Below the pieces are notes generated by a model that had not been told where the DNA came from, searched no databases, and saw nothing but the letters and a program-made list of their open reading frames with translations. A stretch of 64,000 nucleotides of DNA from Alphaproteobacteria bacterium. GTDB taxonomy: Bacteria; Pseudomonadota; Alphaproteobacteria; UBA9219. Location of the stretch: NCBI GenBank assembly GCA_019233975.1, contig JAFALY010000008.1, positions 7,580 through 71,579 on the forward strand, in the 5' to 3' direction. Positions 37,187-47,237 of this stretch are shown here, piece by piece (the first letter of the stretch is position 1; the number at the start of each line of letters is the position of its first letter). The position numbers and the translations under genes were made by a program.

Positions 37187-38167
37187 ATGACAAATGTTAG
37201 TACCGTCGGTTTACAAATGCTGCTGATCAATAATATGTCGTCTGAAAAGACGACCCTTGAGCAGTTGAATACACAGCTCGGCACGGGCCAGGAACACGAC
37301 AACCTGACTGATTATACGGCTTCGCAGGCACGGCAGATTCTTGACCTCAACAGTCAGGTGACGCAAAGACAATCCTATATCTCTTCCATTAAAAATGTGC
37401 AGTCGAGGCTGGGCGTCTATGACCTTTCCATGTCAGATATGGAAAGTGTTGCCGCGCAGGCATCCACACTGGCGTCGCAGAACCAGAACTATGACGGGGC
37501 TAAGGCATCCTCTATTCTGTCGCAATTGACGACAATGCTAAAACAGGTCACGGACGATTTGAACCAAAAGGTCGGCGACCGCTATATTTACGCAGGTACG
37601 CGCTACTCAACCGCGCCGGTCACTGATCTGACAAAGTTGACGGATACTCCATCATCGACAACCACAGACACGTCTAACTATTACCTGCCGGATTACGACA
37701 CCCAGTATGTCAACAGCACCAGTACCAGCGGTGCCGCCTATGCGCAGGATCAGGTTTTGGTTGATCAAGGCTATACCGTTACCTATGGCATCAGCAGCAA
37801 CAACACCAGCTTTCAACAGCTGGTTGCCGGGTTGCGTTTTATTCAGTCGGCGGTCACGGCAGGACAGTCAGGTGACACAGCGACCTATTCGTCAGACATG
37901 ACGACTGCCAACAATTTGCTAACGGCAGGGTTGTCGGGCATTCAGGCAATCCATGCCGGGTTGGCGAGTAACCAGAACATTCTGAGCAACGAAATATCGA
38001 CCCAAAACACGGATATTTCGAACCTGCAGGACCAGATTACGGGCATTACAGGCATTGATCAGGCATCCGTTGCGGCTTCGTTAACCGCGATGCAGACACA
38101 GATTGAAGCCTCATATTCCGCGACTGCCAGTACGGAAAAATTAAGTTTAACGCAGTACCTTGGATAA
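37187..38167 (+). CDS. flgL: Flagellar hook-associated protein FlgL
   Basis: QLGTG, LNQKVGDRYIYAG, and C-terminal QIEASY...LSLTQYL. Confidence 0.85.
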   Translation: MTNVSTVGLQMLLINNMSSEKTTLEQLNTQLGTGQEHDNLTDYTASQARQILDLNSQVTQRQSYISSIKNVQSRLGVYDLSMSDMESVAAQASTLASQNQNYDGAKASSILSQLTTMLKQVTDDLNQKVGDRYIYAGTRYSTAPVTDLTKLTDTPSSTTTDTSNYYLPDYDTQYVNSTSTSGAAYAQDQVLVDQGYTVTYGISSNNTSFQQLVAGLRFIQSAVTAGQSGDTATYSSDMTTANNLLTAGLSGIQAIHAGLASNQNILSNEISTQNTDISNLQDQITGITGIDQASVAASLTAMQTQIEASYSATASTEKLSLTQYLG

Positions 38168-38190
38168 ACAACAAAGGAAGGAGTCCTGAT

Positions 38191-39684
38191 ATGCAAGTCC
38201 ACATGAACCTTAGCCCGATCTCGCTCAGCTATGCCGCCGCTCTTCGCGGTGTTAAGCCTCGCCGTCCGGGTGAGGCGTTTAATTATGCTGCCTGCAATGT
38301 GCAGCAGCCTGAGGCGATCATCGGCCTTGCCGCCAGTAACCCGGAAGGCACATTCTATGTTCTGACTGCAGATGAAAAAGCCGCCACTGCCATGCGCCAG
38401 GTTGTTGCTGAACGTGGCGTTCAGAACGTAAATGTTCTGACAACAACGTTGCAGAATGCTTTGAATCGCCTGAATGCTGGTGAGGCTGTGCTGCCTCAAC
38501 TGCACTATCTCTGTTGCGATGAAAGCGTTCAGCCTCTGTCCGATACTGAACGTCAGGCTCTGTTCGGTTTGACGACCAAGGCCCTGATGCCGAGCGGCTT
38601 GTTGGGCTATGGTTACCAGGTCGCGCCGACCCTGAAAGACGTCATGAAATTTCTGGTGCGTGAATTCGCGCCGGAAATGAATGCGGCGCAGGCGCTTGAA
38701 ATGCTGGTTGAGCTGAGAAAGCTCGGCACCACGCTGTTTAAGACGGATACTGCGCTGGCGGCAAAGCTGGATGAAGCGATCGCCAAGAAAATGCCGGACG
38801 CTTTCTTTGCGCTGTTTGATACCGGTGCGGCGACGTCCAAAACGCTCGACACGATGGTGGCGCTACGTCCTCTGGCGTTGGCCTATGCTGGCGACAGCCA
38901 CATTCCGTCGAATTATGTCGAGCTGTCGGTTCCTGCCGAAGCACAGGAAGTGGTTGTCAAATGCCGTGATAACCAGCTGTATGAATGCATCAAGGATCTG
39001 GCGATCGGTCGCCATGTCCGCACAGATATCTGGTGCAAGCAACCGGCTGTTTTCAGCCAGTCACCGGCTGAACTGTTCGGTGGTTTCGCCTATGGTATTT
39101 TGCCGCACATGGACGTGCCCACGACGTTCGAAGCGAACGGCAAGAAGATCGACTTCACGACACCGCTTTATACCAAACTCATCAACCTGATGAAGACAAC
39201 ACCGATGGGTATCGGTGACTTCCTGGCACATGCCGACGGTGCAGGCGTTGAACCGACGCAGATCGTTGAGGCGCTCAGCGTCCTCGTTGCCTGTGGCATT
39301 GTGCATCCGATGCGTGGCGTTCACGAAGCTTTGCGCGTCAGTAGCGTGGCGCAGCCGCGCCTCTTGGGTAAGTTCAACCAGCATCTAAGCCAGGTGCGTG
39401 TTGACGGCGACCGTCAGGTTCTGGCCTCGGCCGTTTTGGGCGATGTCATCAGCATCTCGCCGCGCGATGCTTTGGTCATGCAGGCGCTGGACCGCGCCGG
39501 CCTTGCCAACTCCATCAGCGCCTTGTTGCCTGAACTGCAACGTCTGGCCGCCAATCCGGCGGAAGCGGCGCAAGTCACCGACCTGGTCACCCCCAGCGAA
39601 GAATCGGCACGCCGTATGATTGAGACGGTTGTGACTGAATCCATCGCGACCTGGTACGCTTTCGGCTTGTTAGAGGCAGCCTAA
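38191..39684 (+). CDS. Methyltransferase-regulatory-domain protein with a degenerate SAM site
   Basis: Family-like segments LAASNPEG.F, LMPSGLLGYGY and IKDLAIGRHVRTDIW, but no ELGCG motif; strong RBS AAGGAAGGAG. Confidence 0.6.
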   Translation: MQVHMNLSPISLSYAAALRGVKPRRPGEAFNYAACNVQQPEAIIGLAASNPEGTFYVLTADEKAATAMRQVVAERGVQNVNVLTTTLQNALNRLNAGEAVLPQLHYLCCDESVQPLSDTERQALFGLTTKALMPSGLLGYGYQVAPTLKDVMKFLVREFAPEMNAAQALEMLVELRKLGTTLFKTDTALAAKLDEAIAKKMPDAFFALFDTGAATSKTLDTMVALRPLALAYAGDSHIPSNYVELSVPAEAQEVVVKCRDNQLYECIKDLAIGRHVRTDIWCKQPAVFSQSPAELFGGFAYGILPHMDVPTTFEANGKKIDFTTPLYTKLINLMKTTPMGIGDFLAHADGAGVEPTQIVEALSVLVACGIVHPMRGVHEALRVSSVAQPRLLGKFNQHLSQVRVDGDRQVLASAVLGDVISISPRDALVMQALDRAGLANSISALLPELQRLAANPAEAAQVTDLVTPSEESARRMIETVVTESIATWYAFGLLEAA

Positions 39685-39719
39685 ACTGCCATTTTACGGT
39701 CATCGACAAAGGGGGGCGC

Positions 39720-40481
39720 ATGACCAAGCCGTTTATCCTGATCGCCACGCCTTGTTATGGGGGGGTGGTGCATCAGGGGTACATGGAATCTGTCGTTCAA
39801 TTGATGGGCTACGCGTCGGCGCATAATTTTGCCGTGACGCTGGCCCTGAACGGCAGCGATTCACTGATCACCCGCAGCCGCAACAAGCTGGTGTCCGCGT
39901 TTTTGGACACGACCGCCATGACGCATCTGATGTTTATCGATGCGGATATTTCTTTCCGTCCGGAAGACCTGCACCGTCTGTTGCAATTTGACGAAGATGT
40001 CGTGGCCGGCATGTATCCCGTCAAGAATATCGACTGGGCTCGCTTGCAGCAGCACCAACAACCCGGCATGCCGGAACAGCATCTGAAGGAAGGCGGCCTG
40101 AATTATGTCGGCTTCGCCTGTCAGGGGGCCGAGCGTGAAGAGCGCGATGGTTTCGTCACGGGCATTTATGCCGGAACAGGTTTTAAGCTTATTAAACGCA
40201 GCGTTCTGGAACGTATGATCGCCGCCTATCCGGAAACAAGGTTTAAGGCGTCGCAGACTTTCCCGATTCCAAAGACGCAAAGCCAGAACCAGTACGCGCT
40301 TTTTGACTGCATTATCGACCCCGATACCGGTCTGTATCTGAGTGAAGATTTTGCCTTCTGCCAGCGGTGGCGCAAGATCGGCGGCAGAATATGGCTGGAT
40401 ACACGAACCCGGCTGGGCCATATCGGCTCCTACCGGTTCGAAGGTACGCCTGCGCTGCAGGTTATGGGGCCATTGGGCTAA
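39720..40481 (+). CDS. GT-A fold glycosyltransferase-like protein
   Basis: IATPCYGG, SLITRSRN, FIDADI (DxD), GTGFKLI, SEDFAFC and GHIG. Confidence 0.7.
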   Translation: MTKPFILIATPCYGGVVHQGYMESVVQLMGYASAHNFAVTLALNGSDSLITRSRNKLVSAFLDTTAMTHLMFIDADISFRPEDLHRLLQFDEDVVAGMYPVKNIDWARLQQHQQPGMPEQHLKEGGLNYVGFACQGAEREERDGFVTGIYAGTGFKLIKRSVLERMIAAYPETRFKASQTFPIPKTQSQNQYALFDCIIDPDTGLYLSEDFAFCQRWRKIGGRIWLDTRTRLGHIGSYRFEGTPALQVMGPLG

Positions 40482-40524
40482 TTCTCACCGAAAGTAAATT
40501 TGGTATGGCGGGTGGTATAGCTGC

Positions 40525-42078
40525 GTGCTATGCCGCACTCATATTGGTGATTTTATTGTATATGAGCCAACAATGGCGGGTGCAGGCCAAAGTCGTTTTT
40601 TTAAGGACGCGGTGACAGGCGACCCGCGTGGTATTGCCTTTGACACTGCCGATCCCCACGAACAGTTGCTTATCTCCCTCATCGACACACCCGCCATGGC
40701 CCGTATGGGGCGCATCTTACAACTGGGCGCCAAGTCAACCCTGATCGGTGCTGAACATACGCGTCGTGAACACATGATCCATGCCGCCGCCTTGGCGCGT
40801 TATGCAACGGCACATTTGCGCCGCGCCATGGACCGTGCGCAGCCGGGTTTATATGACCCGCGCCTGGGTCTCGCCTGTATGGTGGCGTGCTGTCTGCATG
40901 ATATCGGGCATCCCCCTTTGGGGCATGAATTTGAAACGGTCGCGCAACGTGTCAGCGGCAGAAAATTCCATCATGAGGATTGGAGCGCCCGTTTAATCAG
41001 GGAAGATGTTCATATCCAGTCGTGCCTGCAAGGTTTTGTGACTGCGCACACGGGTTATGCCGAAACCTTTGTTGCTGATTACGGCATGACGTTTGATGAA
41101 ATGGTGGTCGCCCTTATCGAGGGTAAGGCCCCGTGTGAACTGGCGGCGTATCAATCACTGGTATCCGGTAAAATAGATTGTGACCGCGGGTCGTTTTTGC
41201 CCATTGACCGTGCACAGGCGCAGGGCGTCAATCTGGAAACAGAATTACCCGATGATCTATGGGCGGATATTGAATTGGCGCAAGTGGATGGCGTGACCGT
41301 CATTGTGCATGACCGTGTAAAGGCCGAGCAGTTTCTGATGGTCTGGCGCGAACAATACGAAAAAATTTATTACGTGGCGGGCAGCGACAGCAAAGAAAGC
41401 ATGCTGGCCCCCATCCTGCATGACTTTTTGCAATCCGCACATACCACGCTAGAGCATTTAAGCCTTGAGGAAATGGCCCTGTACCGCGTTCTGTCAAACG
41501 ATGGCACGGCAAGCATCAGGGATTATTTGATGTTGGATGATCGCGTCATCGAACGTGTTATCGAGCGCGCGGCCGAATCCAACCCCGATCCATGGGTTCG
41601 CCGTCTTGCGCAAGGTATTATGCAGGATGATATCCTGCCTTCACTGGATTTCAGTCATTTAGACAAAAAACACCGCGATGGTTTGATCCGTTATTTGCAG
41701 ACACGGCTACCGGAAGGGGTCGTCGACGGCACGCATATTTTTGTGACAAATGAAAAAAGCCGCGATGTCGCAAAGCTGCACAAAGCTTATGGCACACCGG
41801 CCTTTGATGATCATCACAATGTTGCGTATGTGCGCAACGCCACTGGGAATGTCGTACCTGTTCAACATGCTTCGACCGTCATACAGGGCACGCCGCCGTT
41901 GAATGCCATGTACCTTCATGCAGAAGCGGATGTTCTGTATACCCTTGTTCCGGTGATTAATGACTATCTGGCGGCTGCCGGATATGACGACAGCATCGAT
42001 GCAGGTTCTATCCTTTATCATACGGGTGTCAGGCATTGGGGCGCAGCGGGCAGTGCACCTGCTGGCGTTCAGCCATAA
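40525..42078 (+). CDS. HD-domain phosphohydrolase, SAMHD1/dNTPase-like
   Basis: ILQLG, HTRREH, LHDIGHPPLGH, HHE and IDCDR. The start may be 40573. Confidence 0.7.
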   Translation: MLCRTHIGDFIVYEPTMAGAGQSRFFKDAVTGDPRGIAFDTADPHEQLLISLIDTPAMARMGRILQLGAKSTLIGAEHTRREHMIHAAALARYATAHLRRAMDRAQPGLYDPRLGLACMVACCLHDIGHPPLGHEFETVAQRVSGRKFHHEDWSARLIREDVHIQSCLQGFVTAHTGYAETFVADYGMTFDEMVVALIEGKAPCELAAYQSLVSGKIDCDRGSFLPIDRAQAQGVNLETELPDDLWADIELAQVDGVTVIVHDRVKAEQFLMVWREQYEKIYYVAGSDSKESMLAPILHDFLQSAHTTLEHLSLEEMALYRVLSNDGTASIRDYLMLDDRVIERVIERAAESNPDPWVRRLAQGIMQDDILPSLDFSHLDKKHRDGLIRYLQTRLPEGVVDGTHIFVTNEKSRDVAKLHKAYGTPAFDDHHNVAYVRNATGNVVPVQHASTVIQGTPPLNAMYLHAEADVLYTLVPVINDYLAAAGYDDSIDAGSILYHTGVRHWGAAGSAPAGVQP

Positions 42079-42105
42079 AAAAGGCCGGTCGGAACCGGCC
42101 TTTTT
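42078..42105. terminator. Bidirectional intrinsic terminator
   Basis: AAAAAGGCCGGT-cgga-ACCGGCCTTTTT. Confidence 0.88.
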
Positions 42106-42125
42106 CTTTTCTGTAACTATAAAGC

Positions 42126-42737
42126 TTACGAAGCCTTCTTCGCGCGGGGCTTTTTGGCCTTGGGCGCTTCTTCGCCTTCTGCGGCTGTTTCGGCAGCGGG
42201 TGCGGCTTCGGCAGTCGGGGCTGCGGCGGTTTCTTCAGCCGGCTCTGCCGTCACGACGGTACCCTTTTGCGCCTGAACCAGGGCTTCTTCCTGTGTGCGG
42301 GCGACATTGACCGTTACCTTGATGATAACTTCGGGGTGCAGCTTAACCTTCACCTGGAACAGGCCGAGCGTCTTGATGGGCGCGTCGATCTGAACCTGCG
42401 TGCGATCCAGCTTGTGACCGGCGGCGACGGCGGCATCCGACACGTCGCGGGCCGACACTGAACCGAACAGGTGGCCGCTTTCGGACGCCTGACGGATAAT
42501 GACCAGCTTAAGGCTGTCCAGCTTGCCGGCCAACGCTTCGGCCTTGCTGCGTTCGGCGGCGTTACGCGCTTCCAGTTCGGCGCGTTGCTTTTCGAACAGT
42601 TCCAGATTCGCCTTGGTAGCGCGCAGCGCCTTGTTCTGCGGCAGCAGGAAATTACGGGCAAAGCCGGGGCGGACTTTGACCACCTGGCCCATGTGACCCA
42701 GGCGCTCGATGCGCTCCAACAAAATAACTTCGATCAT
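42126..42737 (-). CDS. rplI: 50S ribosomal protein L9
   Basis: MIEVILLERIERLG..GQVVKVRPGFARNFLLP and LFGSV. Confidence 0.96.
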   Translation of the reverse strand: MIEVILLERIERLGHMGQVVKVRPGFARNFLLPQNKALRATKANLELFEKQRAELEARNAAERSKAEALAGKLDSLKLVIIRQASESGHLFGSVSARDVSDAAVAAGHKLDRTQVQIDAPIKTLGLFQVKVKLHPEVIIKVTVNVARTQEEALVQAQKGTVVTAEPAEETAAAPTAEAAPAAETAAEGEEAPKAKKPRAKKAS

Positions 42738-42757
42738 GATCTTCTCCTTTGGTTCAA

Positions 42758-43756
42758 TTAAAGCGTCGGTGTCGTCGGTTTGGTCGGCGTGAAACGTTGG
42801 CGGAAATGCGCCCACTGGTCGATAACGCCCAAAAGCGCGACCAGAAGGACAAGCCAGACGAACAGGCTGATCAAGGCGTAAAAGGCAATCAGGAAAAACA
42901 CGCCGCGCGGCTTGGTGGCGGCCCAGGCGTGAACGACGGCAAAGCCCACGAACATAAAGGGCAGGCCGAGGATCAGCGACAGGTTGCTGTCGATATAATC
43001 AAACGGTGCGGGCGCAAAGCTGCCGATCACGCCGGTCAGGGCAACCGCGTAAATCAACGGCACGGGAACTTGCAGTTCCTGCAGACGGAACGGTGCGCGC
43101 TTGTTCCACTTGAAGTTCATCAGGGCATGCTGCGCCAGACCAACCGCCATAATATTGACGATGATCCAGGCATAGGCCGCCAGCGCCGGTGTTACCAGAG
43201 CCAGGCGGTCGAGTATGGATTTTAAAAGAGTAACCTGATCGGCGCTGAAATGGCTGCCCAGCTGGTCGGTGATGGCGTGGAAAGCCTCGGTCGTCAGGGC
43301 CAGAAGGCCGCCTGGATGTGACATGGTCAGGCCGACAACCGTCACGAAAACCAGACACGGGTAAACTGTAATGGCGGTCAATAAATGGCCTTCGGACAAT
43401 CCGACGACAGGGATGGTTTCACCTCTGGGTTTGCGGGTAAACATGACCAACGCACCGACGATGGTTGCCGGAACGGCATAGGAAAATGCGTAAATGAATG
43501 GAATGTTCAGGGGTTGCGTCGCCAGAAGGCTCGCCATACCGCTGAAAGAAGCGATCAGGCCGCCCAAGGCGCCGATGCCCATGGCCGCCATATAAAGCGG
43601 GATGGAAACGATATAGGCTACGAAAAAGATCGCCGTTTCTGCATGCGACAACGCAACCACCAGCAGCGATGCGCTGACGGCCCCGGCCAGAATGGCGGCG
43701 ACCAGGTGTTTAACCCGGGTCAGCCATCTGGCTTGTGTTGCAGAAACGGCGTTCAT
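42758..43756 (-). CDS. DUF2232/YybS-family membrane protein
   Basis: Multi-TM protein between rpsR and rplI; C-terminal LGVIDQW..FR. Confidence 0.75.
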   Translation of the reverse strand: MNAVSATQARWLTRVKHLVAAILAGAVSASLLVVALSHAETAIFFVAYIVSIPLYMAAMGIGALGGLIASFSGMASLLATQPLNIPFIYAFSYAVPATIVGALVMFTRKPRGETIPVVGLSEGHLLTAITVYPCLVFVTVVGLTMSHPGGLLALTTEAFHAITDQLGSHFSADQVTLLKSILDRLALVTPALAAYAWIIVNIMAVGLAQHALMNFKWNKRAPFRLQELQVPVPLIYAVALTGVIGSFAPAPFDYIDSNLSLILGLPFMFVGFAVVHAWAATKPRGVFFLIAFYALISLFVWLVLLVALLGVIDQWAHFRQRFTPTKPTTPTL

Positions 43757-43779
43757 GATCGTTCGTACTCAGCCTTGGC

Positions 43780-44058
43780 TTAGTTAGCCCCGCCGCGCTT
43801 GTCGGCGTAGGGCAACAGAGCCAGATAGCGCGCGCGCTTGATGGCCTGGGCCAGTTCGCGTTGCTTTTTAGCGGACACGGCCGTGATACGGCTCGGCATA
43901 ATCTTGCCGCGTTCCGAGATATAGCGGCGCAGCAAGTTGATGTCCTTATAGTCGATCTTCGGCGCGTGCTTGCCGGTGAAGGGGCAGCTCTTCGGACGAC
44001 CGCGGAAACCGCCAAAGCTACGGCGTTGGCCGCCTGTGTTGCTCATTTCGGTGCTCAT
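43780..44058 (-). CDS. rpsR: 30S ribosomal protein S18
   Basis: IDYKD...[13 protein letters not shown] and [13 protein letters not shown]. Confidence 0.97.
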   Translation of the reverse strand: MSTEMSNTGGQRRSFGGFRGRPKSCPFTGKHAPKIDYKDINLLRRYISERGKIMPSRITAVSAKKQRELAQAIKRARYLALLPYADKRGGAN

Positions 44059-44480
44059 GCTGCGTCTCCTTCAAAAGATTCCTTGGTTTCCTTGTTGTCG
44101 CGCGGGCCACGGCGGGGACGGTCGAATGAACCACCCGTGCTGCTGCGTTCGGCGCGTTCTTCCTTGCGCATGATGGCCGAAGGACCGGTTTCCAGTTCTT
44201 CGACGCGGATGGTGGAAAAGCGCAACACATCTTCATTGATGCGCAGCGTGCGTTCCATTTCCGCGACGGCGGCCGGCGGGCAGTCCAGATTCATCAGGAC
44301 ATAGTGACCCTTGCGGTTCTTGTTGATGCGATAGGCGAGGGTACGCAGACCCCATTGTTCGGTCTTGGTGACCTTGCCGCCCTTGGCTTGGATGATGTCG
44401 TTGCAGCTGGTTGTCAGTGCCTCGACTTGTGACGCGGCGATATCCTGACGCGCAATAAAGATAGACTCGTAGAATGGCAT
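44055..44480 (-). CDS. rpsF: 30S ribosomal protein S6
   Basis: [13 protein letters not shown] and [12 protein letters not shown]. Confidence 0.96.
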   Translation of the reverse strand: MPFYESIFIARQDIAASQVEALTTSCNDIIQAKGGKVTKTEQWGLRTLAYRINKNRKGHYVLMNLDCPPAAVAEMERTLRINEDVLRFSTIRVEELETGPSAIMRKEERAERSSTGGSFDRPRRGPRDNKETKESFEGDAA

Positions 44481-44590
44481 AACGCACACTCCCCCTGGGT
44501 TTAAACGGTTGGCTGCCGGATGGAGATCATCCCCATGCATCGGCGGGACCAACCAAGCCGACCCCAAATGGGCCGACAAGGAGCTATAAA
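44481..44590 (-). promoter_or_regulatory. Possible S6:S18 autoregulatory rpsF leader
   Basis: On the minus strand a 5' CTCCTT can pair with the GGGGAG SD, and a CCC lies just before the SD. Confidence 0.4.
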
Positions 44591-44663
44591 GATCGCGCTT
44601 TTAGCGTTCCGGGCAGGGGATTGCAAGTAGAATTAGCCTTATAACGTGCGGCAGGGCGTCAGG

Positions 44664-45818
44664 CTAACGCGGGGTGGCGGCGATATTAATCGTGACTTTC
44701 ACAGCCTTTTTAACCATTTCGTCGTCATCCCATTGATTTATACCAATGTTATAGTCGCTACGGCTCAGGTCAACCTGCCCCTTGGCATAGGTTATACCAT
44801 CCACAACCCGCAGGCAGAACGGCAGATCAACCGCATGGCTGATTCCTTTGATGGACAGCGTACCCGGCGCCAGAAAACAGTCATTGCCTGTTGACTTGAT
44901 GTTGGCCGCTGTAAATTTGGCTTGCGGGAATTCGGCTGCATTGAACCATTCAAATTGCGGCAGGTAGGTATCGCGTTCCTTACTGCCCGCAGTGGCGCTG
45001 GTGATGTCCACCAGGGTGGTGATGTACCCGTTTTCGGGATGGTTCGGGTCAAAGTCGATATTCGCCGTAAATTTTTTGAAATCGCCGTCGAACTTCTCAC
45101 CGCTTTGTGTGCCGGTGAAGGTGATGCCGCTATGTTTGTAATCAACAGCCCAGGGATGGCTGGCTGCGTGTGCCGGGCCGGGTAATAGCAAGCCGATGCT
45201 CAGCAGCAGGGCTATGGCCGTGCCGTTCAAACGCTTCAGCAAACCGTGCAGGAAACGTGGCGCCATACGCAGCAGGATATCATCGCGGTTGATGAAGTGG
45301 TGTTTCAGAGCTGCTGCGGCGTGCAGCGCTACAAATGCTGCGATCACATAGGCGATTATGCCATGCGCATCACCAAACAGGTCATGAATTTCTTTTTTGT
45401 TCTCCAGGTCTCCCAGGTAGGGAATGGCCGGCCATGGCACGATGTTGAACAACAAGGTGCGTAATTTGAAAGTGGATGTCGAAATCACCACCCACCCTGT
45501 GATCGGCATAATAATCATCAGGGCGTACAGAAGGTAGTGTGTGCCGTGGGCCAGTTTGATCTCCCACGGTTTGGCGGTGGCGGGCAAGGCGGGCGCGGCG
45601 TGAGTCAGGCGCCAGCCGATGCGGACAAGCGCCAGCAACAGAATCGATACGCCGATGGATTTGTGTAACTGGAACAGACTGAATTTTGCGGGGTCTGTGT
45701 TGGGCATGTCCGTCATGATCCAGCCCAGCGCCAGCATGCCGAGGATGGCGAGGCCGATCAGCCAGTGAAGCGTTTTTGCGACAACGTTATAGGCGGTAAC
45801 AGTGGATACTGAAGACAT
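44664..45818 (-). CDS. Cytochrome b561 - YceI fusion protein
   Basis: LHW, LHKSIG, heme His residues and ALKHH; YceI-like WAVD..HSGITF, FPQAKF and GTLSIKG. Confidence 0.85.
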   Translation of the reverse strand: MSSVSTVTAYNVVAKTLHWLIGLAILGMLALGWIMTDMPNTDPAKFSLFQLHKSIGVSILLLALVRIGWRLTHAAPALPATAKPWEIKLAHGTHYLLYALMIIMPITGWVVISTSTFKLRTLLFNIVPWPAIPYLGDLENKKEIHDLFGDAHGIIAYVIAAFVALHAAAALKHHFINRDDILLRMAPRFLHGLLKRLNGTAIALLLSIGLLLPGPAHAASHPWAVDYKHSGITFTGTQSGEKFDGDFKKFTANIDFDPNHPENGYITTLVDITSATAGSKERDTYLPQFEWFNAAEFPQAKFTAANIKSTGNDCFLAPGTLSIKGISHAVDLPFCLRVVDGITYAKGQVDLSRSDYNIGINQWDDDEMVKKAVKVTINIAATPR

Positions 45819-45973
45819 TGAATCCTCCACCTTATCAATCGGATGTGGAGGGAGTTTGCCCGACATGCAGCAAAATTCAAGCCAATTTTAATATTTCTTA
45901 AGCATAGTGCGTCGATAAGGTTTTAGGGATATACCTACCCGGGTTCGTTGCTTTTCCTGTTCCAGGATTTTTC

Positions 45974-47152
45974 ATGACTTCCTTCCGCCCCATGCTGGAT
46001 CGTTATGTCGTGCCAGACATGCCATCGACAAGCGACATCCTGCCGTTTCTGCGGCAGATAGAAAGCAACAGGTGGTATTCGAATTTTGGCCCGTTGGTGC
46101 GTGAGTTCGAAAAACAGATGACGCAGTTCCTGCAATCGACCGCGAACCCGGTCGCAGATAAGCCATTGCACCTTGTGACCCTGTCCACCTGCTATGACGC
46201 GTTACGGGTCGGGCTGCAGACGTTTCATTTGCCAAGGGACGCGCAGGTTCTAGTGCCTGCGGTGACTTTTCCGGCCTGTGCGCTCGCCGTACAGCATGCG
46301 GGACTGACGCCTGTGCTGGCGGATGTGGATGTCACACAGTGGCAACTGACGCCGCACATAGCCCGTCAGATTGTCGCGCGTAACCCTGTGCGTGCCGTGA
46401 TGCCTGTGGCCGTTTATGGCGTACCGGTGCCGTGGCAGGAATGGGATGCCTTTGTCGCCGATACAGGTGTGCCGGTTATTATCGACGCCGCCGCCGCGCT
46501 GGAGGTACAAAAAATACCGACGCGTTGTCTGGTGGCGCACAGCCTGCATGCGACTAAGCCTTTTGGTATCGGCGAAGGCGGCGTTCTGGTCGCGCGTGAT
46601 CCCGCCGTCGTGCATGAAGCGCGTCGCCTGACCAATTTCGGAACGGAACAACGCATTACGCTCGCTAGCGGCACCAATTCGAAGATGAGCGAATATCACG
46701 CTGCCGTTGGCCTCGCACAAATGGCGCGTTGGCCGCAGGTGAAAAAACGCCGCACCGATATTCTTCAGCGGTTGAAGACGGCCATGAACAGGACGGGTCT
46801 TGGTTTTTCGTTCCAGCCAAATCTGGAACAGGCCGTACCCAGTATCATTATGCTGCGGACGCCGGATGGACAGGCCGCGCGCCTGATTGACGGGCTACAG
46901 GCGGCAGGCATTTTTGCGCATCAAATGTATCTGCCACCGCTTTACAGGCACCCGCATTTCGCCAGAACGGCAATCGTTAACGCCGAAGGCGTTGTTCTGA
47001 AAGACGAGGCGGACGAAATCAGCCGTAGCGCCCATATGCCCAACAGTGAATGGATGGCGCAAAATCTGCTGGGCCTTCCGTTCCATCCCTTTCTGGATCA
47101 AGAAGATATCGACGATATGGTCAAAACATTGGTGACATTGGCGTCCGCCTAG
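45974..47152 (+). CDS. DegT/DnrJ/EryC1/StrS nucleotide-sugar aminotransferase
   Basis: YSNFGP, IDAAA, SLHATKPFGIGEGG and NSKMSEYHAA. Confidence 0.88.
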   Translation: MTSFRPMLDRYVVPDMPSTSDILPFLRQIESNRWYSNFGPLVREFEKQMTQFLQSTANPVADKPLHLVTLSTCYDALRVGLQTFHLPRDAQVLVPAVTFPACALAVQHAGLTPVLADVDVTQWQLTPHIARQIVARNPVRAVMPVAVYGVPVPWQEWDAFVADTGVPVIIDAAAALEVQKIPTRCLVAHSLHATKPFGIGEGGVLVARDPAVVHEARRLTNFGTEQRITLASGTNSKMSEYHAAVGLAQMARWPQVKKRRTDILQRLKTAMNRTGLGFSFQPNLEQAVPSIIMLRTPDGQAARLIDGLQAAGIFAHQMYLPPLYRHPHFARTAIVNAEGVVLKDEADEISRSAHMPNSEWMAQNLLGLPFHPFLDQEDIDDMVKTLVTLASA

Positions 47153-47237
47153 GGCTTTCGAAACCCTAATCCCGTCACCCCTTTGCCCCAATCCCGCCAC
47201 AGCTTGAAACTATAAAAAAGGCTGGAAACAGGGTATA

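Noticed and set aside
42758-43756. Membrane gene inside the rpsF-rpsR-rplI operon
   Set aside because: This is the known conserved DUF2232/YybS arrangement.
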